Assembly (NCBI RefSeq): GCF_018977255.1
Contig: NW_024704742.1
Coordinates: forward strand, 62,808,001 to 62,872,000
Reading direction: 5' to 3'
Length of the DNA: 64,000 nt
Source of the DNA: Callorhinchus milii
Lineage: Eukaryota
The translations under genes were made by a program, and so were the position numbers. Within the stretch, counting starts at the first letter, position 1, and each line of letters opens with the position of its first letter. Under the pieces are notes generated by a model, which ran no database searches, was not told the DNA's origin, and worked only from the letters and a program-made list of their open reading frames with translations. Below, piece by piece: positions 1 to 12,711 of this stretch.

Positions 1-768
1 TGTAAATGGATCCAGCATCCACAGCTTTTTGGGAGAGAATTCCAGATTTCCACTACCCTTTGGGTGAAAAACTGCCTCCTAATTTCACTCCTAACTGGCC
101 TAGCTCTAATTATAGGACTATGCCCCCTTGGTCTGGATTCCCCCACCAGAGAAAATAGTTTCTATGTATTTACCCCATCAAATACCTTTATTATATTAAA
201 AACCTCAATTAGATACCCCTCAACCTTCTAAAAGGTTGAGGGGTATCTGATTGAGGTTTTTAATATAATATTCGCCCACAAATATACAGTCAATTCACTT
301 TGCAGTATGTTCTGTGAAGCGCTTTGGGACGTCCTCCCGACGTGAAAAGCGCTATATCAAATGCAAGGATTATTATTATTATTATTAAAAGGGAATAGAG
401 ACCAAGTTTCTGCAGCCTGTCCTCATAATTTAACCCTTTAAACCCCAGTATCATTCTGGTGAAGCTGCGCTGCACCCCCTCCAGAGCCAATAGATGCGGA
501 GTCCAAAACTGAACACAGTACTTGAGATGGGGTTTGACCAAGTCTTTATATAGATGAAGCATAATTTCCTTTTCTTTATAAACCAGACCCCTTGAGATAA
601 ATGCCAATATCACCAACATTGAATTCCATCTGTCACAGTTTTGCTCACTCGGTTAATCTATTTAAATCCCTTTAAATCTACCCAATTTACTATGTCTCTT
701 AACTTTTGTCATATGCAAATTTGGATATGAAACTCTATTCCTTCATCCAAGTCATTTTGTATATATGG
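1..768 (-). mobile_element. CR1 LINE fragment (ORF2 C-terminus), interrupted by a SINE
   Basis: ORF 290-619 contains LYKDLVKPHLKYCVQFWTPH...LEGVQRSFTRMI...YEDRLQKLGLYSL, typical of CR1 ORF2. Similar to 51790-52330. Confidence 0.9.
271..387 (+). mobile_element. 5'-truncated young tRNA-SINE
   Basis: Nearly identical to the 3' end of the SINEs at 12712 and 52340; (ATT)n tail. Confidence 0.9.
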
Positions 769-958
769 GATCTTCTACCCCCTCCTTGATTTTTAAGCTG
801 GCATCTTGGATTCCAGCCTGAACTGAGAGAAGAGAACTTTATTTTAGAGAGTCAAGTAAATATCATTTTTCTTATAACACATATTTTCTGGACTGGATCA
901 TTAGGTAAGTGGTAAATCAGGCTCACCATGACTGAGAAAATGTTAGATCAAGGCGGCA

Positions 959-1075
959 TAGGGTTGGCAAACTTCCCAGATTGTACTGGACTTTACAGGA
1001 ATTAAAGATTAACCTCCGGACAATGCTGCCAGCAACCCGGAAGAAAAATCACAGGGAATTCTCAAAATGAATATT
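959..1075 (+). mobile_element. Probable non-autonomous DNA-transposon end (hAT-like TAGGGTTG(C/G)CAA terminus)
   Basis: Begins TAGGGTTGGCAAAC followed by sequence I recall as a common chondrichthyan repeat. The partner TIR is not seen. Confidence 0.35.
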
Positions 1076-1524
1076 GAATGATGAATGAGATTTATCCTAT
1101 GATTAACTTCTCGTTTGTTTCGTACCCACCTGGAGATTGTACAATTCAGCAACCGGTGTTTGAAATGTCAAGGCAATACAAATCTGCCCCGCTCTTAACC
1201 ATCTTATTGGTCTACTGGTTCTTTAACTTACATTTTCTCATGCCTGTAAAGTCAGTGCTGTCTCACGTTATACAATAGTGACTAAACATAACCCTGGCTC
1301 ATGCCACCGTTTTGCGAACAGAATCTTTTTTCAAAATGGATGATTTATGTGTCGCTCTGTCGTGAATATATGTTGGAGTATCTGAGCCCTCAATGGTATT
1401 ATGTCATCTGATAAAACCTCCTGTAATACGTCCAATTAGAGGTGACATCTCTGAGGCAGAGGGCTCAGGCCTAGCAGAAGGATAATTTATGGCATTCCTC
1501 ATTTAACGTGGCGTTAACTCTTGC

Positions 1525-1539
1525 CCACCAGGTGGCAGC
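1525..1539 (+). promoter_or_regulatory. Candidate CTCF binding site
   Basis: CCACCAGGTGGCAGC fits the CTCF core consensus and lies in apparently non-repetitive sequence. Confidence 0.5.
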
Positions 1540-1629
1540 ACAACCTTCCATATATGTACTTACCTCCTTTACAATTCCCAGCGCCCACCATACTTTGAAC
1601 AGAAGAAAACAAAGCTACCTTCGGAAGAC

Positions 1630-1790
1630 CACAAGAATGGTTTAGATGAAGAAGATCCTTTGGCCCATCTTATTTCATCCTTCCATAACACCATAACTGT
1701 TACCTCCATTATAGCATCGAGCTGCTTTTAAAATGAGTCCAGTGTCCTGGCCACAAACACCATTCCTGGTGGTATCCTGGACTGACAAAC
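1630..1790 (-). mobile_element. Old CR1-like 3' end (second family; related pieces at ~48790-49160, 55420-55830, 59630-59800)
   Basis: Shared motifs ttcggccca...catccttcca...ccagtgtcctggcc. Reverse strand resembles a CR1 ORF2 C-terminus/3' UTR. Confidence 0.5.
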
Positions 1791-2283
1791 CCTTCATTTT
1801 TGGGGTAGGAGCATTCTTAATGCAATCCAATTTGAGAGAGTGAAAAGGTCACATAATTTGGTCAAAAGAAAATGTAAACAAACGTTTTCCTTTGGTATTT
1901 AAGCAAAATAAATGAATGAGTTGTTAATACATGCAATGGAAAGTTTAATATCATATCTTAGAAGTAACCTGTACTTTCTATTCATAAATCAATTATGTTT
2001 TATTCCAACTATAATCTTCTTATCGATTATCTTTTCAGTTTCCTGTACACACTAATAGCTAAGGCTCCTTTCATGATCACATCAATCATGTTGGTTCAAT
2101 ATAGTAATCAACATGAAAACAGTTTAAATAATTAAGAACAATGTAACACTATGGGCGGAATACAATATCTTGCCAATTTAGCTCCAATTATGTTTTTTAT
2201 ACCCAGCGCACTCATATCGCTCTCAGATTTAACTAAATAATAATAATCCTTGCATCTGATGTAGCACCTAATTATATTATAAA

Positions 2284-2661
2284 TTTTTTGGGTCATCTGA
2301 GAGTCTGACACGTGAAGAAATCCATTACCTTGCTTAAGAGTATCCAAACCAGACTGCGAATTCCACGTATGTATGCACCTACACATGGAAATTTCCCTAT
2401 ATCTGGAATGAAACGTGCACTTACTCACCGGAAGGGACACACCCTGCTTATCTAATTTTGTAGACTATTTGTTTCAGTTTAGGAAGAGTCAAGGCTTGGG
2501 GCACCAGAATGTCCGTTGGGTATTTTTGGAGTTTAACCAGCTAAAACTGCATAATTTGCCATTGAAAGTACCATCTGGTAGGACTCCAACTGCTAGAACC
2601 ACCCCAATCGTTAGGATTTTGGTTTGCCAGATTAACAGGCGCAGAATGAAAAGAATCCCTG
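2284..2661 (-). mobile_element. Unclassified A-tailed interspersed repeat (family X), partial copy
   Basis: Collinear with 27224-27620 and with the reverse complement of 62370-62712. Confidence 0.75.
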
Positions 2662-4212
2662 GAGGATCGTTGGCTCGGACACTGGGAGAAGTTCCCTTCT
2701 CTGTGAACAGTGGTATTGAGTCTTTCATATCCACCTGATCAGACAGATAGAACCTCGATTTATTATGTCATCTAAAGAATATCACTCTGATAATGCATTG
2801 CTCCCCTGTAACTGTGAAAGTCGTTACATCAAATGCAAGGGTTATTGTTTTCCGCAGGGCAGAGCAATGTAAAACACAGACAGTGTCGTGGCATTAGAGC
2901 AAAAGCATCAGATTCCACTAAAAGGAAACAAACACCAAAGGAACCACTGTATATGTAATGGATTGGGACACATAGTTGCAGAATCCTTGCTAGCCTGAAT
3001 CCAAACAAGTTACGTTTAATACACAGAAGAATCTTTCAAAATCCAGTAAGGGGCAACCAATTCGTTATCATTCCAATAAACCTAACTACTTTCAAACTGG
3101 ATTATTTCCACTTATAAAGAGCACTCAATGGCGAAGGCTTTCAACAGTAAGAAAGTGTCACGTATAAAAGTGGCTGTTAATAAGCAGTGGCTGTTTTATG
3201 TACAATTTGCTCATAATTGAAATGGGACATAGTCAGCATTTGGCTGAAAAGAACCTGAAGTACACCAAATCTCTTAAGATTTACATATTTTCATTCAGTA
3301 GAAAACAGGCTATGCTCCTGGCTGTCGTTCTGTAAATGAGAAGTTATAGACAATTTCAAAATCATCCTTTCACCATGTAAATGAAACAAGGCTTGGAACT
3401 ATGTATTTTAGGGTGGAGTGCCCTTTTTCATTGGGTGTCATTTGAACCGCAACAATCTATACAAAGAAGACACTGCTGGGTTGACCGATTTCCCATTTGC
3501 CCTGACATCCCACTGCCCATTCTGTAGCAACATGCTCCAGAAACCTGCCAGAAAAGCTTCAAATCAAGCTTGCAGCTTTCAGCTCCCGAGGAAAATGTTT
3601 CCAGCACTAACAAAGAACAGCAAATAGATACAGCTTTTTTTTGGTCTATCCATAAATCCAAGTTATGTCCCTTAAGACTGTCATGTTGAAGCAAGTGGGA
3701 TGCCTATGCAGAGGATTTTACATCTACCCACTGCTGGCCCAGTTTCCTACTCTCCATATGAGCACAAATATTACTTGTGCTACTCCAAAGGGATTTCATA
3801 CCTGGCATGGGCACAGATGGAATTTTTACACCTGCATCAATGGAAATCTTTAACTCATTTTGTACCAGTGTTAAGGATAGTATGGAGCAGAATTTATCCA
3901 TCTAGTAATCAATCAGGATTGATATTGTGTGAACAGCACCAGACCACTGGGATTGGCACAAATAGATACCCACTTAATCTGGGTGTAAAATACAGTCTAC
4001 AAATACAGTCACTTCACTTCAGAATAAAATCCTATGAAGTGATTTTGGATGTTTCAACGACAAGTTAAGCACTACATCAAATGCAAGGATTATAATTATT
4101 AATAAAATTGCTCTGTGAGTGACCCATCCAGCTAAACACAGGGTTATTTGTGTGACGTTGCTTTCCGCAAATTGGCTGCTGCAAAATATACTGTCACTAT
4201 GCTGTACAGTAA

Positions 4213-4648
4213 ATAATAATAATCTTTGGATTTTTAATAGTGCTTTACAGCATCATTGAGCCATCTCAAAGCACTTCATAGCATATACTGTAAAATGATT
4301 GACTGTTTATTTTGTGAGCGAAACAGGCAGCCACTTTATGCACATTAATGTCCCAGAAAACACGATGGAGTGAGTGGCCAATTTTATTTCAGGGGATTGT
4401 TTACCAGGACAATGAGAAGAACTCCCTTCTCTTTTGTGGGATCTTTAACATTCACCTAAACAGGCAGTTGGAACTTTAGTTTAACTTCTCATCCAAAGGA
4501 CGGCACCTCCAACAATGCAACAACCCCCCAGCACTGCAATGGAGTGTCATCTTAGATTATGTAATTCCAATCTCATCATGGGGCTTGAACCCACGACCTT
4601 CTGTTTCAGACGCGAGAGTGCTACCACTCTACCACTGAGCCTAGCTGA
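4213..4648 (-). mobile_element. Deu-domain SINE (SacSINE1/AmnSINE1-like), near full length
   Basis: Reverse strand shows a tRNA-like head (gctcagtggtag...gggttcaagcc), the Deu core GGTGCCGTCCTTTGGATGAGAAGTTAAAC...AAAGATCCCA, and an L2-type tail. Confidence 0.8.
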
Positions 4649-6034
4649 ACACAAATCTTGGGAAGCAGTTTTTTTCACATCCTCGTGATGTGAAAGGAGC
4701 TATATCAAATGGAAAGATTAATCTCTTTTAACTTCTTTTGTTTGTGGGCACATGTTGTATGCTCCACTTCCAATGCTTAAAGCAGGTAAATTGGTTACAA
4801 ATGCTAAACAGGCTATGGGGAAAATGCAAGCGAATAGGACTGCATGGACCGCTCTTTTAGAGAGCTAGTACAGGCAAAGTAAGCCAAAGAGCATTCGTAT
4901 GTGCTCTAATTCTTTATGGTTCTATATTTCCTGTTTTCAAATTACTTTTGCTAAGGCAACCATTCACATCTCTGCTAATTGAAGCTCACTGACAATTAGT
5001 TTAAAATGCTACTCAAAAGCACATGACCAGCTCTTTAATAGGTACAAAAAGCTTGAAGTTGGTCCAATGGAAGCCTTGAAAACATTAAAGGGGCTATTTC
5101 TTTAACCGTAACAGAACGAGGACTGTCTGGATCTGTGCTGCATGAAATACTTTCATGGCAGAATCACATGCTCAAAGTGATTTTGTCAGGTAATTTCTGG
5201 TGCTATTTCGTTTCCATTCATTCTGTACTTTTAGCGTATGTGATATGTTAATTAACAATAGCAATAATCATTACATTGTAGATAAATGTGCTCATCGAGG
5301 CTGGTTGCTAAATGAAGACTTGTAATAGATGTGACCACTCCCACCTCCCCCCACCCCCACACCATCACCACACTAACTCTGTCACAATGGTTGGGCCACA
5401 ACACAAACACTGGTCACTGACTGTGATATTGGAGGGACCGTCAGTGGGACACTGACATAATCAGCTTTAGGTTGTCTTTCATGACAATTGCTGCTCTGGA
5501 GATATCAGTTAACTCATGGCAGAACTACAAGCATTTGGTGTCTATGTCGAAGTGTTGCATTTGAACTGTGTTTTTACGCCTCATCCCTCTCGCTTTACCT
5601 CCCACCTGCATTATTGTTCTATTTACAAGCACTGTTTTGAACCAGTCTGATTTAACCAGATTAAAGCTTCCTTTTTTTGGTCAGCTGGGTATCTGACACA
5701 TGTGGAAGCCCATCACCATGATTAGGAGTATCCAAACTAAGCTGAGATTTCCATGCATCCCACCAACACAAGCAGGATACATTTTAAATAAGAATAATCC
5801 TTAGATTTGGTGTACCACCTTTCACTTTGGAAGGGTGTCTCAAAACGCTTCACAGGATTAACTGTTAATTTGCGCACAGTAATGTCCCACAAACAGCCAT
5901 ATGAATGGCCACTTTTATTGGGGGAATTGTTGCCCCAGACAATTAAATAAAAATAAAACATATAGTAAAATTAGCAATAAAATGCCAGCCAGTGACACAC
6001 AAAGCAGTAATTATCATTAAAGCATTCTGATAAT

Positions 6035-6200
6035 AGGATTATAGGAAAAGGACGCAGCCATTCATCCCCTCAAGCTTGATCCGCCATTCTAGAAGATCAT
6101 GGCTGATCTGTACCTCAACTCCAATTACTCGCCTTTGCCCAATATCCCTTGATACCCTTACCTAAAAATATCTATCCACCTCAGTCTTGAGAATTTGAAT
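6035..6200 (-). mobile_element. CR1 3' end fragment
   Basis: Matches the CR1 3' end at 51625-51790 (gccattc...gatcatggctgatctgtacctcaact). Confidence 0.8.
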
Positions 6201-6949
6201 GGATGATATTCATGAAGCCCTTCAGATTTCCTCAATTCCATCAATGTCTTGTACCTCACCACTGTTGTTTGATGCATCTGTGAGATAATGAAATGTTTCC
6301 AGTAAGAGATCAAATATGTTGTGAGTGTTACAGGCAACTAATGAGTTCCTTGGGTCCCGTTTATGAACTAGGGGCAACAAACTAGATTTTGTATTCTGTA
6401 TGGTTTCCAGTTGAGTATTCCCTATATAATACAAATGTGGTGGAAAAAAATCATAGAAATTTACAGCAGAACGAGGAGGCGATTCAGCCCATTGAGTCTG
6501 CACAAACCCTCAGAGCCTTCTCCCCATATTCATTCAAGCCTCTAGAATATTTGATAATACAATATAATTTATTACATTATTATAGGTTGTAAATATTTAA
6601 TTGTAGATGTAATGTTCTAATTGTGACTTCAATCAATTAAGAAACAGTAGCATTTCACATAACTGTATACAAATTGGTTTAGGATGTAATTTCCTCGCCT
6701 CCCTCCTTCCTCCCTCCATCCCAGCTCCTGACTTTGCCACTGTGATTTGACCTGAAGCCAGGGTTAGTTGCCAGTCTTGTTTCTCCTAGTGCCACTGTTG
6801 TTGTTTCCGATTATGGAAATCTACTTCATTGTCTCTTCAGGGACACCGGCTTAACTCGCCTGTAATTCTGATTTTAATTAACAGATTCAGTGTGATGATT
6901 CTCTTAAAAAAATTGCATTTTAACCCACAGTTGCATTGACCTCAGTGGT

Positions 6950-7295
6950 CTAGGCTGATGCTCCAATGCAATTCTGGGGGAGCACTGCTTTGGTGGAGAT
7001 GCTGTCCTTCAGATGAGTCATCAAATCGATGTCAAATCGATGTCAAATCGATATCAAAGATACTACTGCACTACTCAACACAAGATGGGAATTTCTATTC
7101 GTGTCCTGCCAATATTCCCCCAGAGGAAAAAATAGATAGTTCACGTCATGGCTGTTTTTGGAACATTGCTGTGTGCAAATTGACTACTGTGCTCGCCTAC
7201 AATGCAGTAGTCACTGCACTTTACAGTAAAATCCTGTGCAGCGCTATAAGATGTCCTCCTGACATGAAAGGCACTTTTCCAAATGCAAAGTTTAT
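6950..7295 (+). mobile_element. Deu-domain SINE, degraded
   Basis: Deu core and tail motifs; internal 11-bp tandem triplication tcaaatcgat(g/a) at 7021-7053. Confidence 0.65.
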
Positions 7296-7524
7296 TGGTG
7301 TCAGTGCTTATTATTTTATGCTGTACTGTTATAAATGTGTAACATTCTTTAATGTCTTAAATGTAAACTGACTAACTTCTGCACAGAATTTAAAGTTAGA
7401 ACAATGAGTAGATTAGTGAATTACTTTACTGACTTGTCCAGTAGGCAGTTTAACTTTATTTCCCTCAAGCTTTGCATTCTAAATGTTAAAAGAAGTTAGA
7501 AAGATACAGACAGTTGTATAATAA

Positions 7525-8024
7525 ACAAAATAATAATAATCCTTGCATTTGATAGAATCCTTAGCACATCATTGTGAAGTCTCAATGTGCTTCACAGAAT
7601 ATATTGTAAAGTTAACTGACTATATTTTTTGGATGAAATGCAGCAGCCAATTGTGCACACAGTGTCCCATAAACAGTCATGGATTGAGAGAGTCGGTGCA
7701 TTTTTTTTTGATGGATTACTACCCTCGGATAATGATGCGCCAATCGGCTAACAATCGGGTTCCTACTTACAGACTTAGATTTCTAAAGGATAGAGGGATT
7801 AAGGGATATGGGATAGGGCGGGTAAATGGAATTAGGTTAGAAGATCAGCCATGATCTTATTAAATGGTGGGGCAGGCTCGAATGGCCTACTTCTTTTCCT
7901 ACAGCTTATGGTCTTACTACTAGGTAAACAGAAGCGGGTGGAGCAAGGAAAGTTCATCCCACCCGGGAATCAAACCCAGGTCCTCTCGCTTGAGCACACT
8001 AGCCACTACTCTATGGGACTCCAC
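7525..8024 (-). mobile_element. tRNA-SINE (long form) interrupted by a plus-strand CR1 3' fragment at ~7772-7912
   Basis: SINE halves join at ...gttcctacttac|ttactactaggtaaac...; the insert is a CR1 3' UTR (gatcagccatgatctt...gaatggcctact). Confidence 0.75.
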
Positions 8025-9334
8025 AATAATCAGCCAATCCAATGAGGTACAGTAGACCCATATCCACATGCTGACTTTTTGCACATTGGTCTATCCACAA
8101 GTGGCTATGATGTATAGCTGGCAAACAAAAAGTGGTTGTGTGGATATGTGCAAGTCTCCCAAGTACATTATTTAACTACACAGAAGACTATAATCCTGCA
8201 ACACAAGGCAAATGTATTTATTGAACAATTTGTTATAGGTACAATGTAATGTTACAGAGAGAGGTAGTCAGACAGATTTAAAGAGAAAGGCAGAAACAGA
8301 AAGACAAAGTTATAGAATCAGTGAGAGAAAGGAGAGAAGGAGTCTCAGAGAGAGAAAAAGCGAGTGAGAAAGAGAAAGGCAGTGAGAGAGAAAGAGAGAG
8401 CAGCAATGGAATCGTGTGGAAATATCGTGACAGTATAACTCCTTACAGAGGTAGTTTTTGGTTAGCACTGTAGCCAATTTGTATTTTGTGTGATGACTCA
8501 TTATCCATAGTTTCCATATCCATAATGGATTATATCTGTACAAATTAACAGACTCTCTCGCCCTCTTGTGTAGCAATCATAAACTTGATATTTTAAGCCT
8601 GTGGCCTCAGAAAGTGGACATGTGAAACAAATGTTCAACAAAGTACCGTATCAATTATCTTCTTCAGAAGAAAAAGAGCCAGGGTAACTATTTGGTTCAG
8701 AACACAATTGGAGGTTATTGGCACTCAGTAAAAATGAGATGATCTAATTCTCTGTGGAACTCAATTGTTTTTGAACTGAATAGGACCAGGAAGATGTCAT
8801 AGTTGGAGAACGAGTGGCCAATATGCAGTTGTGGAGATATGGGGTGGATAATCTGCCGTTTTCCTTTATTAGCTGTGGAGGACAGAGAGAAATTATGCAG
8901 AAATTTTCCCTCAGGAGATTAAATTAGTGGGGCAGAGGATATGATGGAGTGAATTGCAGATGGTTTGTGAAAGGAGCAGGCTTCGTCAGCTGAATGCTCT
9001 TTACTCATTGTGATTTATGTTATTTTAACTTTTTTTTGCCCAATTTTCTCCTTTTCTTCTCTCCTACAGACATTGGCTACTGTGGGGCCTACGGCACCAC
9101 ACCTAAGTATGCATGCCTGGGCAGCGTGTCAGCAGGTTATCCTACTGCACAGAACCTATCTCACTAGATGGCCACACGCATGTACATTCCAGAACCAGTC
9201 ACTGGGCAACAACTGGGGAGTCTGGTTGATTCCACTTTTTTCCCTGAAGCTCCAGGATCAATTGTACCACCCCATTTTGCTGCCTAGTTTAGATCAGGTG
9301 CTAAGATTTACTAGTATTATACAAGGGATGAGTG

Positions 9335-9555
9335 GTTTCTCTGGCCTCCTGCTTATCCCTCATGCCCTCTGTTCCACTATCAGTGGCCGCACTTTCAGCC
9401 ACTACACCCCAAAACTCTGGCACACTCTATAGGTCGCGCCTGAAGACCTTCCTCTTCGAATGTGCTTACGGTCACCACCCCCCTCTCCCTGGCTCAGTAT
9501 TGTGCTCTGCCATTGTTAAGCGTGAGGGGCACTATATATATGCAAGTTGTTGTTG
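9335..9555 (+). mobile_element. L2 LINE 3' fragment
   Basis: STISGRTFSHYTPKLW motif and (GTT)n tail. Confidence 0.75.
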
Positions 9556-9997
9556 GTTTAACATTTGTGCGGAGACTAGGGGAAGTCGATCTATATGAGT
9601 AACCTAAGGGTTATAGTATACATGCCATGAAAACCATTGGCACTGTGTTTCCTGGGAGTGAGGAAAGAGAACAAAACATTCAGATTGATAGTTAAAGGTG
9701 TAAAATAAAAGTCAAGAGAAATGATTTCAAAACTATATCTGACTTTAGTGAGACCATATCTGGAGTAAAATGTGCAGTTTGGGTTCTAGTTCTGGTGCTC
9801 ACTGCATAAATGCAGACTGAGCCATCCAGAAAGTCAATGCTCCCTTAATTGTGATATATACTCGGAGTCAAAAAAGGAAAAGCTTAAGGAGTGAAGCTTC
9901 ATGCTTCAGGAAAGTTATCGACTATTCAACAGTGAACCTCATAATGGAGGAATCCCATTATAAGCGCACGATGCCAAGGTCAGAAATGTTACTGACC

Positions 9998-10410
9998 AAC
10001 AACAACAAAAATTACATTTGTATATGGTCTTTCATGTTAGGAGGTTGTGCCAAGGTGCTGGACAGTCAAGGATCTGCACCCGATCTGGTGGTTGGGATCA
10101 GGAGTAGTGGTAGGAGGGTGACCGAAGGCAGGGTCGAAGAGGAGGGTCTTGAAACGGGTCTTAAAGGAGGTAAGGGATGGGGCGAGACAGCGGGACTAGG
10201 TTGGAGTTCCAGAGGGTGGAAGCAGAGTGGCTGAAAGCCCGCCCGCCAATGGTGGAGTGGGCGAGGTGGGAGACGTGAAGTAGGTCGGAGACTGCTGAGC
10301 GGAGGGAGTGGACAGGTTGGTAGGGGGTTAGAAGATCATTGATGTAGGGAGGAGCAAGTTCATGGAGGTCTTTGAAGGTGAGGACCAGAATCTTGAACTG
10401 TATCTTCTGA
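9998..10410 (-). mobile_element. L2 LINE 3' fragment
   Basis: IQFKILVLTFK...APPY...SLRS...GGRAFSHSASTLWNS. Further tail pieces at 10712-10980. Confidence 0.85.
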
Positions 10411-11744
10411 GTGGAAACAACATGCTTACTTTCCAAGTAAAATCAAACGAGAGACAGAGAGAGCCAGAAACAGAGGAAGAGAGGTAAAGACAGAGAAAGG
10501 GTGGAAAACCATTCATGTCTTCTTTCCCACTGAATTCAGGAAAGAGTGCAAGTAGAAAATAATCAAACAATTCTTTCATAGTTCAGCTGGAATCAATTTC
10601 CTCACATTTCAGGTGACATTCCCACAGTGACTGTTGTCTGCTTTAATATTGATGCTCATTCATGTCAAACATTATATTAGATTCACTGTAATCTGTGCTC
10701 GTTCCTGAAAACAACAACAAATTGTATTTATATAGTGTCTTTCACATCGGGAGGACTTCCCAAGGTCGTAAACAATCAAGGGTTTGCACTTAAGCTGGGG
10801 GTTGGAGTCAACAACAAAATTACATTTATATAGCGCCTTTCACATCAGGAGGACATCCCAAGGTGTTGGTCAAGAGGGTGGGGTCAAGGGGTATGGAAAT
10901 GGGAGGATGACTGAAGGCATAGTCAAAGAGGAAGGGCTTGAGATAAGTCTTGAGGAGGCAAAGGAAGGGGTGAAGCATAGGGATACGCTCTATAAAGTAC
11001 AGATGCAGCGAGAGACATTTTGAATCTTGGGTTGGTGAACAGATTTACACTTGCAAAAGCAGCAGATTAGAAATCGCAGGTGGGAAAATGTCACATTGCT
11101 CAATTAGAGGTTGCAGGAAGGTTAAAATGATGATAAAATTTCAAAATAAAAGGATAGATCAGATTAGCGCTTTTGATATGCTTCTGAAAATTAAAAAAGT
11201 GGGATTGCTGTAATAGGCCCCAAAAGGTCTGTTTAGAAGTTATTGATCTTTCAGTTGCTGTCATCAGCAACATTGAAGATTTAACAAGCATGAAAAAAAT
11301 ATGAGCTATAATTGACGAACGGCAGACTGGGAGACTTCAAGACATGATAGTGAAAAGCAAGTATTGATCAATCTTTGCTACTCCCAGTTATTTTCAGACT
11401 TATTGGATTGATCTCAATCGTAGTACTGTATCGAACATACACTAATAAAAAAATCTCTCCTCAAAGCATGAGAAGCTCTAATCTAATTGTGTAAAACTGC
11501 ATCTTCCTTTGTGAGTATCTTTCAGAGATTTTATGCTAAAAGTTGATATTTCAGACAATGGACGAGTACATTAAAAAGAGAGCATTATGCTGAGTTATAT
11601 CTGGAATCAGCCTTCACTAAAACACTTGAATTATTTGAGGGACTTTTTACTGGGACATTGCAGTTAATTACATGTGCAGGTATAAAAGTATACAGAGACA
11701 AAGTCATATTTTGAGTGTGGCTCTCTACAGCCATCTACACATAC

Positions 11745-12050
11745 AATACAATTTACATTTATATAGCACCTTTCACATCGGGAGGACATCTCAAAGCACT
11801 TCATAATGTGGGATGGGCATCTGAGCTGGGGGTGGTTTCCAAGTGGGGAAGGGAAGAGGAAAGATGATCAAATGCATAGTCAAGAGGTTCGTTTTGACAC
11901 TTGCCTTAAAAGAGGGGGCAGGGTGCGAGTTGACGGGACTCTGGGATTGAGTTCCAGAGAGCAGGTGGCTGAAAGCCTGCCCACTGATGGTGAGGTGGAT
12001 CGGGTGGGGAGGTGAAACAGTTTTATGTTCGCTGAGTGAAGGGAATGGCC
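11745..12050 (-). mobile_element. L2 LINE 3' fragment
   Basis: Tail motif and GQAFSH similarity. Confidence 0.7.
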
Positions 12051-12711
12051 AGATGGGTAGGGTAAGATCAGCATTCACTTATATCCCTGTTCTGATCCCA
12101 TGTGAAAGTCCCTACAGTATATAAATGTACATTTTATTGTATTGATAGTATTTCTAAAATGTAATACAATAACAGTAATTCTTAATAACAACACTAGTGT
12201 TTGATATCGTGCCTGTGAATGTCAAAAAGTTTTGAAAGGCTATACAGATATAGTAACCACCTGATAATTTTTCACTCTAAAAGGGGAACGAGCTCATTGA
12301 CGAGTTATCCGAAGTAGCTAGCTAGGCAAGGGCCACAAAGGGCAGCTTTGACTGGTGTGGCACTTGGCGAAGGTTGGACTCATATGCTCAGATGCATCGC
12401 AGAGGCCTCTGGTCAATTTGAGGATTGTTGATGGCTCCCGCCCTATACTGAATTCAAAATACAGTCATTACATTTTAGAGAATGTCCCATGAAGCGCTTT
12501 GAGACATCCTCCAAAAGTGAAAGGTCCTATATCAAATTAAAAGATTACTATTTTTAAATTATAACATAATAACAACAACAAACAACTTGCATTTATATAG
12601 GGCTCCACATGCAGAGTAGCATCCCAGAGAGCTTGATAATAAACAACTTCTATCAATGCAATGGGAAAAACTCAATGTGAATTCACATTTATTTCAATGT
12701 GAATCCACATC

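Noticed and set aside
9030..9140. Strong plus-strand splice acceptor (ttttctccttttcttctctcctacag) suggesting an antisense exon
   Set aside because: No convincing reading frame or donor; the downstream sequence looks like an old decayed repeat.
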